Source of the DNA: Amphiscolops sp. MND2022
Taxonomy: Eukaryota
Assembly: GCA_964187785.1 (NCBI GenBank)
Contig: CAXLNC010001225.1
Coordinates: 1 to 64,000, forward strand
Reading direction: 5' to 3'
DNA length: 64,000 bases
Under the pieces are notes generated by a model that was given only the letters and a program-made list of their open reading frames with translations, had not been told where the DNA came from and did not search any database. Positions 49,828 through 62,255 of this stretch are shown here, piece after piece (the first letter of the stretch is position 1; each line of letters starts with the position of its first letter). Position numbers and translations under genes: made by a program.

Positions 49828-50164
49828 TTTCAACTTTCATTCTTCTTCTACTGCTAACAACAATGCGCACAACCGGATGACGTGGCTAATATCACCACAT
49901 CAACTAACTATTTACTCTCGACCGAAGTGGTTCGGTCCATGCGCGAACACCATTTCCTCCTCTCGCTCACCGATACGAACAACGAATTGACAAGTTGACC
50001 TTTCCAGTTGTGAAACCGAATGACCGCCACCAATGTGGTTAATATGACAACATCACTGCCATCCCTAATGAACGATTACTGCCGAGTTCAAACTTGCTCA
50101 CCGGAATACGAGAGACAAATTTGCACCATCCCCATTTCATGTTCTTTTCAAAAAAGACCCGGAG

Positions 50165-51170
50165 TGTCATGCCTGACGCATGTAAAATACAAATAATAAA
50201 GTAGGAAATCATCCTACATATTGAAAGATGAAGAAGAAAACAGCAAACAGCAAATGGAAATTAAGAATGTGGTGAACCAAACCACATCACAAAACTTGAA
50301 CTCGAATTTGTCAAATGCATCATTTTTATTCAATCCCTAAATAACCTTGCCTCATTTACCCATTTTCATACATTTGATACATTTATTCTGTAAACTGAAT
50401 TCGCATCATTTTTAGTTGATAGTAAAGTAATGTGGATGACACACCATCGTTAGATTACCTTTCAATACTATTAGTCACGTGTTCAATATATAGATTAGCT
50501 ATTCATTCATATGATGCTATTAATGTAACCACATCATAACACCAGTATTGAGTCATGTAACTATGACAACGCAATTGCAGTTTATTTCCGTGCTATGATG
50601 AAATTGCGCAATTACCAACAAAAGTGCGAAAGTGCGCAGCGGTATGATTGGTTAATCTAGTCACGTGACCAACATCACCATAATTGATACCAAGTGTTAT
50701 AGCGTAATCAGTAGAATCTGTAGAGATATTACGTGCAGTTACTAACCACATCAGTATACCATTATAACCAAATTTCACAATCCTTCAATTCTCCATTACA
50801 AATACTCAATAAAACTTAAAACTTCATCGTTTCCTTCTTTCACCCATGGTTAATACTAGATCCAAAAGAGCCAAGTACACATACTCGAATATGAACGGAA
50901 CCGATAGACATAGTGATGATGAAAGTGAATGTTCCAGAAGTTCTTACGAGAGAACAAATGAATGAATTCGAGAATGAGAATCTGTTAGACTACAGAAACA
51001 CAGATAACCGTCAAACTGTTGATCAACGATTCACTGAGATGAACAGACAGATTAGTGAACTAACGAATCTAGTCTTAGCGTTAACCGAGAAAATGATACG
51101 TTACCCTCTAATACTAGAGAAGGGAACGTACCCAACACTATGTCAAATAAACATGGTGCACGTTCCGACA
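50165..51170 (+). repeat. Element C 3' LTR (1006 bp)
   Basis: Direct repeat of the 5' LTR with a 10-bp deletion and a 2-bp insertion. Confidence 0.95.
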
Positions 51171-53329
51171 GGGACCCTTTGAAGTCATTGAAAATTTTTC
51201 GAAAAAAATGTCTAACAATGCCAAAAAAACTGAAAGGGGGACCCTTTGGGATTTTTAAACATTTCTGTCGCAAAAGATCAAAAACATTGAGGGGGGACCC
51301 ATTGGTGTAAAAAACGAAAAAAGTCCCACAATGCCGAAGCAAAACTAGAAGAGGGACCCTTTTGCCTCGCCCGGTTTTGTAGATTACACGAAAAAAGAGG
51401 AAAAGCCTTTTTGGTTCAGTTCGATGGGCCAAATGGTTCAATTTGACTCAATAAAACTTCGTAGAACTTTTAAGAAATACTTTGGTCAGTTCGTGTGAAT
51501 TGAAAAAACCATTAGTATAGTCGCGTTTCACTTCATGAAGCGCCGACTGAAAAAAAAACAATAAAGAAGTAAGTATCAGCGATGTCAAAATCCCAATCTT
51601 GTTTCGGACTTAGTGGTGGCGCGATTTAGAGCAATGCTAGGTGGAGGCCTAAACAAAACGTTGGAACGTTTTTTAGTGAAGAAAGAGAAAAGTGATATTT
51701 CCGGCTACCTCTTTTGTGTAAGTTGTTCCGGGGTTCAGCAAAGTATCATCCTCCTGCCGAAAAAAGTAAACTGTGATTGCATTCAAGTCAACAAAAAGGT
51801 ATACTGAGCGGCACTTTTTTGGCACGGTCTTTTCACGCGTAGATTCCACAACTTTTTTGTTATCAAGCACCATTGGCCTAGCGGCCACCGTGTAGAAGTT
51901 ACAGATGAAAAATGTCGTATCCGAACCAAAATTCGCTATTTCCGGCTTTTTGTCACAAAAACAAAGGAGAATATTTTGCGAGAAAAACATCAGAAGAAAA
52001 AGGATCACAGGTTTTTGAGATACACCTGCATGAAACTTTTCAGCCAATACTTATGAGTGAATTCGGGATTGACTCCGCATCGGGAGAGGTAAGAATCGAT
52101 ACTTATTTATCGCAATGTTTTTGATGGGCATCCCCCTTGACCACCTGGATGGCCAAACAAGGGGTTGCCGAGCAGACTCAAGAAACGGTCCCACTCACGA
52201 CAGGCAAGTTTGGAACGAGGAAGGGAACTCAAAGAGTCGACCAAAATCTATTGCCTGAATTTCAGTTTTCTCATTAATTTTTAGGAAATTGCTCGCCTAA
52301 ATTACGCTCTCATTGTTCTCTATAATCTTAGGCCTAACCACGTGTGAAAAAAAGGCATCTGCAGCTCATTCTTATACAAAATCTTTTATTGTCTGGGAGT
52401 TCATTGCTCTTTTTTGCAAATTATGTCTAGTACGTTTCCCTATCATTTGGACATAAATGCAGAACTGCAAGCCTTTTAGAGATTGACAGCAGCGCAGTTT
52501 TAAAACCAAAATGGACAGGCCAAGACCGTTGTTCGACCTTTTATTGGAAACTGCCAAACCTCAAACATCCCAGAAGAATATGAAACTTACATGGTCAAAA
52601 AGAACTACCAACTAATGCCCTGCTTCTTACTTTAGTCATGTTATTTCATATTTGTTATTTTGATTTCAAACTGGGCTCCGTTTTACATTGTTATACATTT
52701 GAAGTATTAGATGAGCAAATTTTATTCATCATTACATAATCATATGACTCATAATACTTCACACAGTTTGTGAGTGCTAAACAAATGCTAATAAATAGAA
52801 CTTTTGTAAACTATAATGTCATCATGAGGATTTACTATTGACAAGTATGCGGCAAAATGCAATTTGACTACTGATGAGTATGCGGCATCATGAGGAATTC
52901 ACAGTGACGACTACACGTCACTATGCAGCTTTTGAATAATGAATATGCGGTATTATAGTTTTTGATGTCTGGTGAATATACGTCATTATATGTTTCTGCA
53001 CAAAACATCAGTGCAATACTGTACATTTTGATGCTTAAAGATCAATTGTGAAAACGCGCATCTATAAGTGACGTTTAAACGGCAGTGTGCGTTTTTCGAA
53101 GGATTTCATTGTTCGTTTTGTTTTACTGTTTGCAATGTCATGTGGCTGTTTTAATTTGATTCCTATCAAAAGGATTACACCATTTGACGTAAGTCCATTT
53201 AAATCTTGTTAGTGTATGACGTCTCAGAGAAGGAGTGTCATCGTGTCATGCTCGATATTTTTTATATTTGTTTAACTCTCAAATTTTGATTTGACATAAC
53301 CTCACGAAAAAACTCAAACGCTTCCTAGC

Positions 53330-53946
53330 TCTAAAACCTACGTTTCTGTTAACCGAAGTTGGAAAGTGAAGAAATGGAAGATCCAGAAGACTAGAAAGCT
53401 CTTCATCGGAGAGAGGAGAGATACAAACAACACTGAGGTAGAAACATCAAACGCTGGTAATGTGACTTCAATTATTGATAACATTGATTGCCAAAAAAGT
53501 TTAGATGAGAACGTCTTAGGTTCTCAATTGACTGAACCCAGTCAAATAAATAATGAGAACCAAAGTTTGGACTCAAGTGATTGAGCAGAAGAACAACAAA
53601 AGAATTGGAAAATGAGACTAGAAATGGAAGAAAAGTTTGATGTATTCCTTAAGGAAATAAGGTCAGATAAAAGTATAATACAATATGGTCAATTATTGGC
53701 GCTTCAACAGTAACGAACTGCAGATCTTAAACAAGTGATGTACAAAATTCGCAACCTACGGGGTCCAAAAATGGTAGTCTTTAGGAGTTCACCTATCCGA
53801 TTCTGGAAATTCAGGCTCAGAAGATAAATATTATCGTCTAAGAGCCTCAGAACTGAGGGGTTTGAGACATCCTGTCAAACCAGTAGTCCAAAAGGAACTA
53901 AACTTAGACGAAACCATAATAAACCCTGAGAAAGAGTATTATCACA
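53330..53946 (+). pseudogene. Decayed LTR-encoded Gag-leader fragment from another related family
   Basis: Broken frames read GRSRRLESSSSER...SLDENVLGSQLTEPSQINNE...EQKNNKRIGKMRLEMEEKF...LRASELRGLRHPVKPVVQKELNLDETII. It ends in tatcaCA with no PBS or gag after it. Confidence 0.45.
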
Positions 53947-55239
53947 CAACTGAGAGTTAGACTAACTTTTGGATACCTTAAGCACCCATTAAGCTAACTT
54001 TCAGGCTTTTCTTATCTTTCAAAACAATCGCGTTTTTGAAGAACTTTATGACTGTTACGATGACTAATTTTACATTGAATAGCAAATAATTACATCATTG
54101 CTCCATTTCAGCTTAAACAAGGCGCCGATTTGCGAAAATCTTGTAGTTTATAGAAAAGTAAGCAAAAATAAAAGAAAACATTGAAAAATCAACTTTTTGA
54201 GCGAGTTAATATAAAACGAAACCTCACGAATTGATTTCATAGGTTCAATAATATGAGAAATCATAGTCGAAGCTTCAATTTGAAACTTGGTTTTCAACTT
54301 ATATAATTTCGATTCGATGTGAAAAATTTCAGGTGAAATTTGATAACTTTCTAATCACTTACCAAAAGCTGCTTGTCGGTCGCGAGGAAATAGACGAAAA
54401 AATGATAAAGGTAATCGTGGGCTGCCTGCTCGATTTTTGAATCAAAATCTAAATTGATATGAGCTGAGTTTGGTTCAGATCTGGGGTGATTTCAATTAAT
54501 GGAAACGGGATTTTTGGGCCAGATCATAACAAGTGACACGCAATCCATTAACTTCGGGGTCAAGTGTCAGCTGGTAGGAATCAAACAGCATCCAACTCCT
54601 GGTCTTATTCAGGTCAACTTAGATACAAGGAGCAGCAAACGCTTCGCTAATGGATTGCGCCATATTCCGAAGTATGTCTAACTTGGCATTTTAGGTCAAA
54701 TTACGAACTGAGAGTTGATGAAGCAAAGCAAGAGTATGAAATTAGTATTTTGATATAGACACAACCTTTCTTCAGCTTTCTGGTATGGAAGTTATTGAAA
54801 GTAATCAAAAAGAATACAAAATGTACAAAAGTGAGAAAGAATTCTGGTTCTTTTAATTTGCTATGTCGGAATACTGATCAGAAAAAGCGATGAAAAGTGT
54901 CACAATGTAAGGAAGTTGTGAAGAAGTATCTAGCGCGTAAAATTAGGAATTTATGATTTTGATCAACCATAAAATTTGATTGTCAATCACAAAATTTTTT
55001 TCCAGTTGTAATTAACCCAAAAAATATTTTAGCTGTTTTTAGACACTAAAGTGTTCGAAAAATCTGGGTTTTCAGTAAAGTAAGTTAGCTTTCGATTAGT
55101 ATAGCCCCGTAATGAACTGTATCCCTTTGCAATTAAGTTCCACTCTAATCAAAAGACAGTTACATTTTTCATGTTTCACTGTTGTTTTCAAGGAGCTCTG
55201 AAGGTTTGGTTGTCATTAGGTCGGTTTGAAACCATTTTT

Positions 55240-55680
55240 AACCTGAAACGAACAAGGTTGTTCTAGTTTGTCAGAGCTTCACGAAGTTTTTTGAATTTTA
55301 AAGAAAACGTTTTTAAAGCGTTCCAATGACCAGTTCTCAACTGTTTTAAATGAAGTTTTACCTCATCTATCGCTGTGCGTTGTAACGAATAGTTTGCACA
55401 TTGGCTAGAACATTTTGCTCCAAGTGTAAATCGATTAAATTTATACGTTGATAATTGTTCCATTGAATTTGGCAAGAAAAAGGAAATCAATAGACTTCTA
55501 CCAAACGGGCTCTTACCAGCAGTCAAAAGGGTCTTTGTCAATTATTCTGAAGACGCTTTCTCGAATCAAAAAGGTTTCCAAAGTGACTCGGCAGAAATTG
55601 GGGACCAAACAAGAGGCTTTTGTTCAATGAACATTTTTAACTTGTTGCATTACAGACGCGTGTCACTTTTTCAGTTTGTT
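55240..55680 (-). pseudogene. BEL/Pao retrotransposon RT fragment
   Basis: KVTRVCNATS...SLNKSLLFGP and YKFNRFTLGAKCSSQCANYSLQRTAID match the BEL/Pao RT motifs KVRRVxNAAS and FGAxxSPxCANYAL. Confidence 0.65.
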
Positions 55681-56367
55681 GTGACTAATGATCACTTGAA
55701 GTCTTTTGGAGTCTCTGCAGATCAATGTTTCTCTCTGATGCAACCTGAGTAGTAAGAGGGTGAGTAGATCAGGTGGGAGGGGGGGGTGGAGGACCCACAT
55801 GTTTTAACATAGGCTATAGCCGTTCGGCTCGAGCCGAGAGCCGAAAAGGGTCCTCCACCCCTGGTTTCGCTTAGGTTCGATTCTGACGACTCGGGTGTGG
55901 GTGTATACCCTTGGCTGCCGACTCGGGTCATGCTCAATTCTGATTGGCTGACGACTTGATTCAAAGGTATGTAGCTGACTGTTTGCTAATGTATCAAGAT
56001 GTGTTCAATGTATAAAGATAGGGAATAGCTTTGGTAATGTTTTAAGGTAGGGAATAGGGTTTTTCGGCACTGTGGGACATTTTCGGCACTGTGAGACTTT
56101 GGGTAAAAAATGATTTTTTGCTGGGTCCGGCCGCCGGCGGGAATAATTTTACGCGCCCCCGCAATATTTGTCCACCTGCGGAATATTTTTTCCGCCACCT
56201 TAATATTTTATCCGCCACCGGATTATTTTATCCGCCATAAAGGTTGAGCTAATTACTTGAATACTGTGCTGAGGAATAATATCATGTTTAAATAGAAAAA
56301 TTTCAATTTATAATGTATAAACGTACTACAATCACATGTATAAACTGCACTTTACAATAAGCATGAG

Positions 56368-56757
56368 TTACATATAATTACTAATAAAAGAGAGTACGTT
56401 AACATCGTGAACTCCTGTAAGTTGCTCTTGCTGGAACTTGAAGAGATGAAAAGCTGAATATATGGCATAGAATCCGCACACGCTGGGATGTGACTGCAAC
56501 TTTACTGGAACCATCTTTTGGTAGTCTTACTTGAGAAAATTGCATGATCCACTGAGAGAGTCTGCAAAATACAATTGCTGTTTAAATTTGGCAATCATTA
56601 CCCAGTGCTCGCCAGACATGAAATTTGGTTCAGTATTGACAATGGCAAATGTATCATTTGGCAGATTAGGGACAAGATCAGAGGGAATTGAGCCGAGGTA
56701 CCGATACTTGAGGAGAGGAATACGATCAATAATCTGTCGCAATGCAATGTCATCCAT
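56368..56757 (-). pseudogene. Adenain-like cysteine protease (frameshifted near 56527)
   Basis: GEHWVM (His), YFADS (Asp) and LQSHPSVCGFY (Gln/Cys). Confidence 0.88.
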
Positions 56758-56758
56758 A

Positions 56759-58063
56759 TTAGTTATTTTTACCAACAACACCAAACTTCTCAACTGCAAC
56801 CGACGACATTCGTTCACCCAAGTTGAGTTCCAGTCGCAATGGTTCGCCAATCAATTCCGGATAGTGGCAATGTTCAGTAGCGTCTTGCATTGATGTCAAA
56901 TCAAACAAGAGCACATAGTGATCCTTGAAATTGTCAATTGGGATTGACGGTAAACCGTCATGAAAGTTCATTGCTCTCATTGTTGTAACATAGAAACGGC
57001 AATTATCGGACGTGTCATAGTCAATAACAGATTGACCCCTGCGTAGTATTCTTATATGTCTCAATCCAAACTGTTGATACCAGTATGGATTTTCAGTAAA
57101 GGAATCCGTAAAGGCAGAATTTGTATTCATTGCGATGGCGATACGACAGATCGGTGCATTGTTGAAAAGGTTTTCTTGTATAAATTGATTCTGTCGGGCA
57201 GGAATGATAAAAGTCTTGGCAAGTGCTTCCAAGTAGTTATATTCTACTGGACTGTATGCTAGCATATCCATTCGCTTCTTGTGATAATCGTCTTTGAGTG
57301 TAATACGGCGATTATAAAGCGAACAATCCACAATTCCAAGGCTAACGTTAGGATTGTCACTAATCATGTAAGAATTGGGTCGAGCTCTAATGAGTCGAAT
57401 TCTAACTTTCATGTTTGGGTACAATAGCTCTGAAGTGGTGAAAAAATCGCCACCCAATTTACCATACAGCATAAATCCGTCAGGTTTGGAGAACATTTTC
57501 ATTCTCCTTGGAAAGAATGGATCCTCCAAGGGGTTATCCATAGCGTCTTCTGTACTTGCTTCAAAGTCATAACCTTCACAATGTAGCACTCCCTTGTACT
57601 CAGAGATGGCTCCTTCAAAATTGTTGGAAACGTAAGATTTATGAGCATAAAGTCCATTTGAATTGTAAAATTGCTGATTGTTTAAATGAACTTCCACATT
57701 GGAGAAAATGGAGAGCATAATGTTGTTCACATGGGTAATTAAGGGATTCTCGTTGTCACCGGCGGCATCAGCCTCTTTATCTTCTGCTTCATTGTGCTCC
57801 TTTTTGGCTTCTTCTTTGTACGAATCAAATCCACGATGCTTCACCAATTTGGGTACCAAAGACAAATACGCTTGACGCAAATCAGTGTAGATGTTGCGAT
57901 CAGTTTGAAATTCAAACTCGATACTGTTTTCATCCAAGGCCGTTGTAGGATAAATTTGTTGTTCATGCGACGAAAGTACGTCATCGACAACTGGGACTTT
58001 ACCGCCAACACTTCCAAAAACGGCTACAAAAGGTTGCTACCGAAACTTGTTTTGTGAATTCAT
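56759..58063 (-). pseudogene. Polinton major capsid protein (double jelly-roll, PY/hexon-like), with an early stop
   Basis: In-frame ATG at 58063 with a TAG at codon 9. The 392-aa open part contains SIEFEFQTDRN, NNIMLSIFSNVEVHLNNQ and LLFDLTSMQD, typical of Polinton capsids. Confidence 0.85.
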
Positions 58064-58065
58064 GT

Positions 58066-58425
58066 TTAGCTTGAAATGTTTGTGAAAATGTCTCTGCGCG
58101 AGCGACTGTTTATTATGGTGGATTTTATAGGAATGAATCTGCGCGTTCTCTTGCTACCGCCACCTAGTTGTTTTCTCAACGTCTTTTTGCCAACATTTGT
58201 TACAGCCGATTTTATTTTTTTCTTTCCACTAATTACTTCTGCCATTTCAGGTACAGCATAATCCAACAAGTCAGCTCCAACTCTTCGTGCAGCTGGGACG
58301 ATAAATTTTTTAACAAAAGGAACTGCGGTTCTCCCAATAACTTGGGCAAGTGCTCCAAATCCTCTTCCGCGTTGTATTGTCACTCCTCTATAATACGGTA
58401 GTTCAAGTTCTCTTGAGGCAACCAT
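58066..58425 (-). CDS. Small basic core/membrane-active virion protein (QRGRGFG type)
   Basis: YYRGVTIQRGRGFGALAQVIGRTAVPF; Lys/Arg-rich C-terminus; lies between penton and MCP. Confidence 0.7.
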   Translation of the reverse strand: MVASRELELPYYRGVTIQRGRGFGALAQVIGRTAVPFVKKFIVPAARRVGADLLDYAVPEMAEVISGKKKIKSAVTNVGKKTLRKQLGGGSKRTRRFIPIKSTIINSRSRRDIFTNISS

Positions 58426-58443
58426 TTCGCACGGTGTTTATTG

Positions 58444-59247
58444 TTAGTAATCAATGTCTGAAACTTTTCTAATCACTAGCACAAGACGCGTGATTCCAAC
58501 AGAGACAAATGTAATCATTTTACCCGAGGTGTCCCTCAGATCAATATGTATACTAAGAAAGGATTTTTTCAAAAGGCGACGAAACTGAAGGTTACTAAAA
58601 GTTTGGTAATTCATGTATTGTCCAGTAGTGATTACGTCTCCGGATTTCAGCTTGGAAATGAAAGGGAAGCAACGTAATAGGGGAGCTTTTGTGTCTCCAA
58701 CAATGTTGTTTTCCAAAATATCAGTGTAAACCATTAGCGATTGAACACGAACAATATCGTACGCAAACTTTGGCTCATGAGGTCCCTTACCTCGCATCAA
58801 AATCCCCTTGTCGTCTCCAACATCGCCACCAAATATGTTTCCCAAGTCTGTACTGAAAATGACTAGGCTAGAGTCGTCACTAATGAGTGAAAGTTCAATT
58901 TTTTGTGTGCGACGAGATACTTTAACAGTAATGCAATTTTCATTGTGATTGTTTCTCTCTTGTATAAGCAAATTCCTTGCTTCAACAATGTCGGGTACGG
59001 AAGAGTACAGCCCAGGTTCCAAGTAATAGGCTGTTGCCGTTTTGTAGTAAATTGCGTCATAAAATAGAATATTTCCATCTGTAACATTCTGGTACAATGA
59101 AGGGAAGGAAATTTCCGAAATTACAACTTCCCATTGCCCTTCCAAATTGACTTGATCTGGACAAAAGTTTGTAAATGAACTAAGTGTATTGTCAGGAAAC
59201 AGTTCAGATGACGCATTAGAGACCAACTCTATTGTAAAGGAATCCAT
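58444..59247 (-). CDS. Polinton minor capsid (penton, PX)
   Basis: FTIELVSNAS...FPDNTLSSFTN...LEGQWEV...ISEI and LMVYTDI...IVGDTKAPLLR...IDLRD motifs; open 267 aa. Confidence 0.85.
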   Translation of the reverse strand: MDSFTIELVSNASSELFPDNTLSSFTNFCPDQVNLEGQWEVVISEISFPSLYQNVTDGNILFYDAIYYKTATAYYLEPGLYSSVPDIVEARNLLIQERNNHNENCITVKVSRRTQKIELSLISDDSSLVIFSTDLGNIFGGDVGDDKGILMRGKGPHEPKFAYDIVRVQSLMVYTDILENNIVGDTKAPLLRCFPFISKLKSGDVITTGQYMNYQTFSNLQFRRLLKKSFLSIHIDLRDTSGKMITFVSVGITRLVLVIRKVSDIDY

Positions 59248-59249
59248 AA

Positions 59250-60129
59250 CTAAATGACTCTAATCAACTCCTTTTCATAAAACTTGCCTTCAAAAACTTC
59301 GCCTTGTTCATCTTGTATATTATATGTGGGCGGTTTGCGTGTAGCAAGTGCAACAATTTCGAAAATTTCGATTGTAAAGTACGGCTTGTATCCTTTTCTG
59401 AACGGTAAATCTTGCTTGGAAATTCGGACGCGGTATCCAACCTGGAACTTTGGTTTGTTAAAGTCTCTGATTGGTTTTTTGTATAGCACAGACATAAAGT
59501 CAGAGTTTTTAACATTGCTCGGCTTCATTTCTATTGATCTATTCCTTCTCGTATTCAACGTTGTAACAAATTGAGGCAGCTTGTGAATATACTTGTATCC
59601 ATAGTCTTCAATTTAGCGATACAAAACATTTTTCAATGAACGAATAGCTCTCTCGGCGAATGCTGCCTTTGTTTCACTCATTGTTGAATAAATCTGTATT
59701 CCTTCTCTGTTGCAAAAGTTTTTGAATTCATCAGCAATTTTTTTCCCTTGTCATTCCAAATCTTTTGTGGTCTTTTCCGCTTTGTAATCATTTGCACAAA
59801 GGCTCTAAGTGTCTCCTTAGAGTCCTTTTTTTCAATCCTCTCATGTCTATTGTTTTGTCAAACACGTCCTAGTGAACTAGCAAGTACTTTATTCCGCTGT
59901 TATCCTTTGCCAGTTTATCAACATATGCCAAGCCCATACACCAAATTTCATTCTTGTATCTAGCAAATGCTCTCACGTCTAAACTTGCGTGCTGCAAGTG
60001 TAACTTTTGTATAAAAGTCTTTTGATTGTAAAAACTGTCTAACCTTGGGAACGGGTAGCTTGCTAGTATTGCCAGATTTCGCACAGAGCCATATGCTGCA
60101 GGACCATGTGTACATAGTCTTTGAAGCAT
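59250..60129 (-). pseudogene. Polinton retroviral-like integrase (frameshifted)
   Basis: GPAAYGSV, NEIWCMGLAYVDK, KAAFAERAIRSLK, KPKFQVGYRVRISK and GKFYEKEL. Confidence 0.88.
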
Positions 60130-60136
60130 TTGTCGC

Positions 60137-60547
60137 TCAGATTTTGAAAGGGATCCAGTTTCCTCTCTCTTTTGCTTTGGCATTCTGGTTGAGTACTATA
60201 CTAGGAGAAATGTCGGCTGCCTCCAGTAAAGTAAAGTAAATGTCGGGTACGTCAGCGTTCTTTCTACGCAAATGTTGAGCAAAATCGTGCAACAAAACTC
60301 CAGAATCTGTACCGTCTAGCACGATAGTGTTCGAGAGAGACAACTTTATGCGTGGAATGCTAAAAGTTTATCAACCAAGGAATCAGCCTTGGCAAACAAC
60401 TTTTTGTTTTTATCCTTCTTCAGCGAATCAACTTGCGACGTAGGAGTTTGTTGAGGTTGATATTTGGAAAGGTCCACTTTTAACGTCGTGGACTTTGTTG
60501 TGTTTACCTTGTTGAGAAGTGAAGCAGGTACAAGAACAAACTGTTCC
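60137..60547 (-). pseudogene. Conserved Polinton ORF of unknown function (split)
   Basis: MEQFVLVPAS...KKLFAKADSLVDK / LSNTIVLDG...RRKNADVPDIYFTLL spans two ORFs and is co-oriented with the module. Confidence 0.6.
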
Positions 60548-60595
60548 ATATCAAGACAAGTGATTAATGACAAGTGGGGTAATGGTATCAACCAG

Positions 60596-60853
60596 TTATA
60601 ATCCTCTCTCTGACGTCAAGAGATCTCGTCTCCGATTCCATGTAGTCCGCTTCAAAGAGAGTAGGTGCAACTCTCCTTTATACTTAATAACGTGACGTCT
60701 TTTTACGCTTTGCAAGTTTCCTTGGAGTATATTTACTATGCACTCGCTTAGAAACCGAATAAACTCTTTTGGACACGATTGGAGAAACTGCTTTTTGCAG
60801 TTGCGGGAAATTGATTGGAACGCGTGGAGAATAGAGAGATTTTGTGTGCTCAT
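60596..60853 (-). CDS. Small Polinton virion/core-type protein
   Basis: CPKEFIRFLSECIVNILQGNL...LLSLKRTTWNRRRDLL resembles the small conserved Maverick ORF found next to the ATPase. Confidence 0.55.
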   Translation of the reverse strand: MSTQNLSILHAFQSISRNCKKQFLQSCPKEFIRFLSECIVNILQGNLQSVKRRHVIKYKGELHLLSLKRTTWNRRRDLLTSERGL

Positions 60854-61315
60854 CGTCCAAACTTGTCAAATGCTTCAAACTTTCTGGCACGTAAAACTTT
60901 GAAGGAGTTTTTCCACTATTTGTGCAGTAACGTAATCTATCGTCTGTTCGCGGCGATAAATCAATGAGCAAATGACCAAAAAGAACAGACGTTGCATCTC
61001 TGTACTAATCCACTGGAGAGGAACCTAGACCTAGTTGTATACTAAGTGTATTTATTTGCATAACATCCCGGGGCGACTTGAACAATGCAATGTGTGTAGT
61101 TTGTAGCTCAATATCGCGTCCGAGCGTGCTCTTGTGAAACAAGTTGTGTTTAATGTATATAGTGCTAAGTCCACGGCGTCTTCCAGCTGTGGCAATTTTG
61201 ACAAACTCTTTGGAACTTCACACTTGCTCACAAGAATCGTCAAAAATGAGGAGATATTTTGTTCCGTTGTTTTTCAATGAATCAATTAACTCAAAATTCA
61301 CTCCTTTGACAAACT
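60684..61315 (-). pseudogene. A32/FtsK-like packaging ATPase, 5'-truncated with stops
   Basis: KYLLIFDD (Walker B), ATAGRRRG, HNLF, FKSPRDVMQ and GHLLIDLSPRTDDRLRY. Walker A is not present. Confidence 0.85.
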
Positions 61316-61405
61316 GTTAGTCTCAGTCATCTAGCTTGCTAGCGTGAGTGTATCTTTAAGAATGAATCCTAAATGGAAAAAATTAGGTTGAACAAAAATT
61401 TTGAA

Positions 61406-61841
61406 TTATTTTGAATGAGTAATACAAAGGCGTACAATAAATTTACAAATTGAAATGTTGCACAGTCCATTCTCCAAACGCTTTTGCTTTCCGCTCAGCA
61501 CAGTGTAGATTTGTCTTGTGTCTGTAGGGATAGCTAGTGCACAACCAGTCAGTGTTTGAATGTTGAATCTTGGGGCAACGATAGTCATCCAAGTTTTCCA
61601 CTTCCTTACCCAGTTATGTGCTCAAAAGTTTACACTTTTCCAATCCTTTTGCAAAGTACTCGGCTCTGTATTGTCGCAATTCAGCCAACATGGTGTTGAT
61701 ACGGCTATAGTCCAGTGAGCCACTTTTCCAATCAATTTTGTGCAAGTTTTGGGTACACCAGAGTGTTTGATGTGTTGGTTGATAATTTTTGGGCGGTTTA
61801 AAGGAATATCCAAATACTTGTCCGTCAGTATAAACACCCAA
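61406..61841 (-). pseudogene. Polinton accessory ORF remnant (FKPP...W...G...Y...AKG.EK type, possibly nuclease-fold)
   Basis: YSFKPPKNY...LWCTQNLHKIDWKSGSLDY...YFAKGLEKCKLL resembles a recurrent Maverick ORF. The fold assignment is inference. Confidence 0.45.
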
Positions 61842-62255
61842 TTGCTTGACTACATTCTAAATGGAAATGAATGGGAACTCACTCATGGGAATTCACTCTA
61901 ATTCCAAAGGGAATAGCTTTGGTAATGTTTTAAGGTAGGGAATAGGGTTTTTCGGCACTGTGGGACATTTTCGGCACTGTGAGACTTTGGGTAAAAAATG
62001 ATTTTTTGCTGGGTCCGGCCGCCGGCGGGAATAATTTTACGCGCCCCCGCAATATTTGTCCACCTGCGGAATATTTTTTCCGCCACCTTAATATTTTATC
62101 CGCCACCGGATTATTTTATCCGCCATAAAGGTTGAGCTAATTACTTGAATACTGTGCTGAGGAATAATATCATGTTTAAATAGAAAAATTTCAATTTATA
62201 ATGTATAAACGTACTACAATCACATGTATAAACTGCACTTTACAATAAACATGAG

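Larger units (their letters stand above)
36485..51170 (+). mobile_element. Element C: full-length 14.7-kb Ty3/Gypsy LTR retrotransposon with accessory genes
   Basis: LTRs at 36485-37498 and 50165-51170 (TGTC...GACA; ~18 differences). Flanks AGGAC/GGGAC form a 5-bp TSD with one mismatch. The element sits inside the GGGACCC repeat family. PBS at 37499. Confidence 0.95.
56020..61907. repeat. 5888-bp tandem unit, copy 1 (copy 2 starts at 61908 and runs off the window)
   Basis: 56020-58112 matches 61908-64000 at a constant 5888 offset, with about five substitutions. Confidence 0.95.

Noticed and set aside
52870-53953. Solo LTR 52875-53948 with an ACTGA TSD
   Set aside because: The family LTR end would be tatcaCA at 53946, and the local agtatgcggca repeats straddle 52875. 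The match is probably coincidental, so boundaries are left undefined.
54499-54681. Locally GC-richer ORF as a host exon
   Set aside because: No recognisable domain, no convincing splice sites, and stops in the alternative frames.
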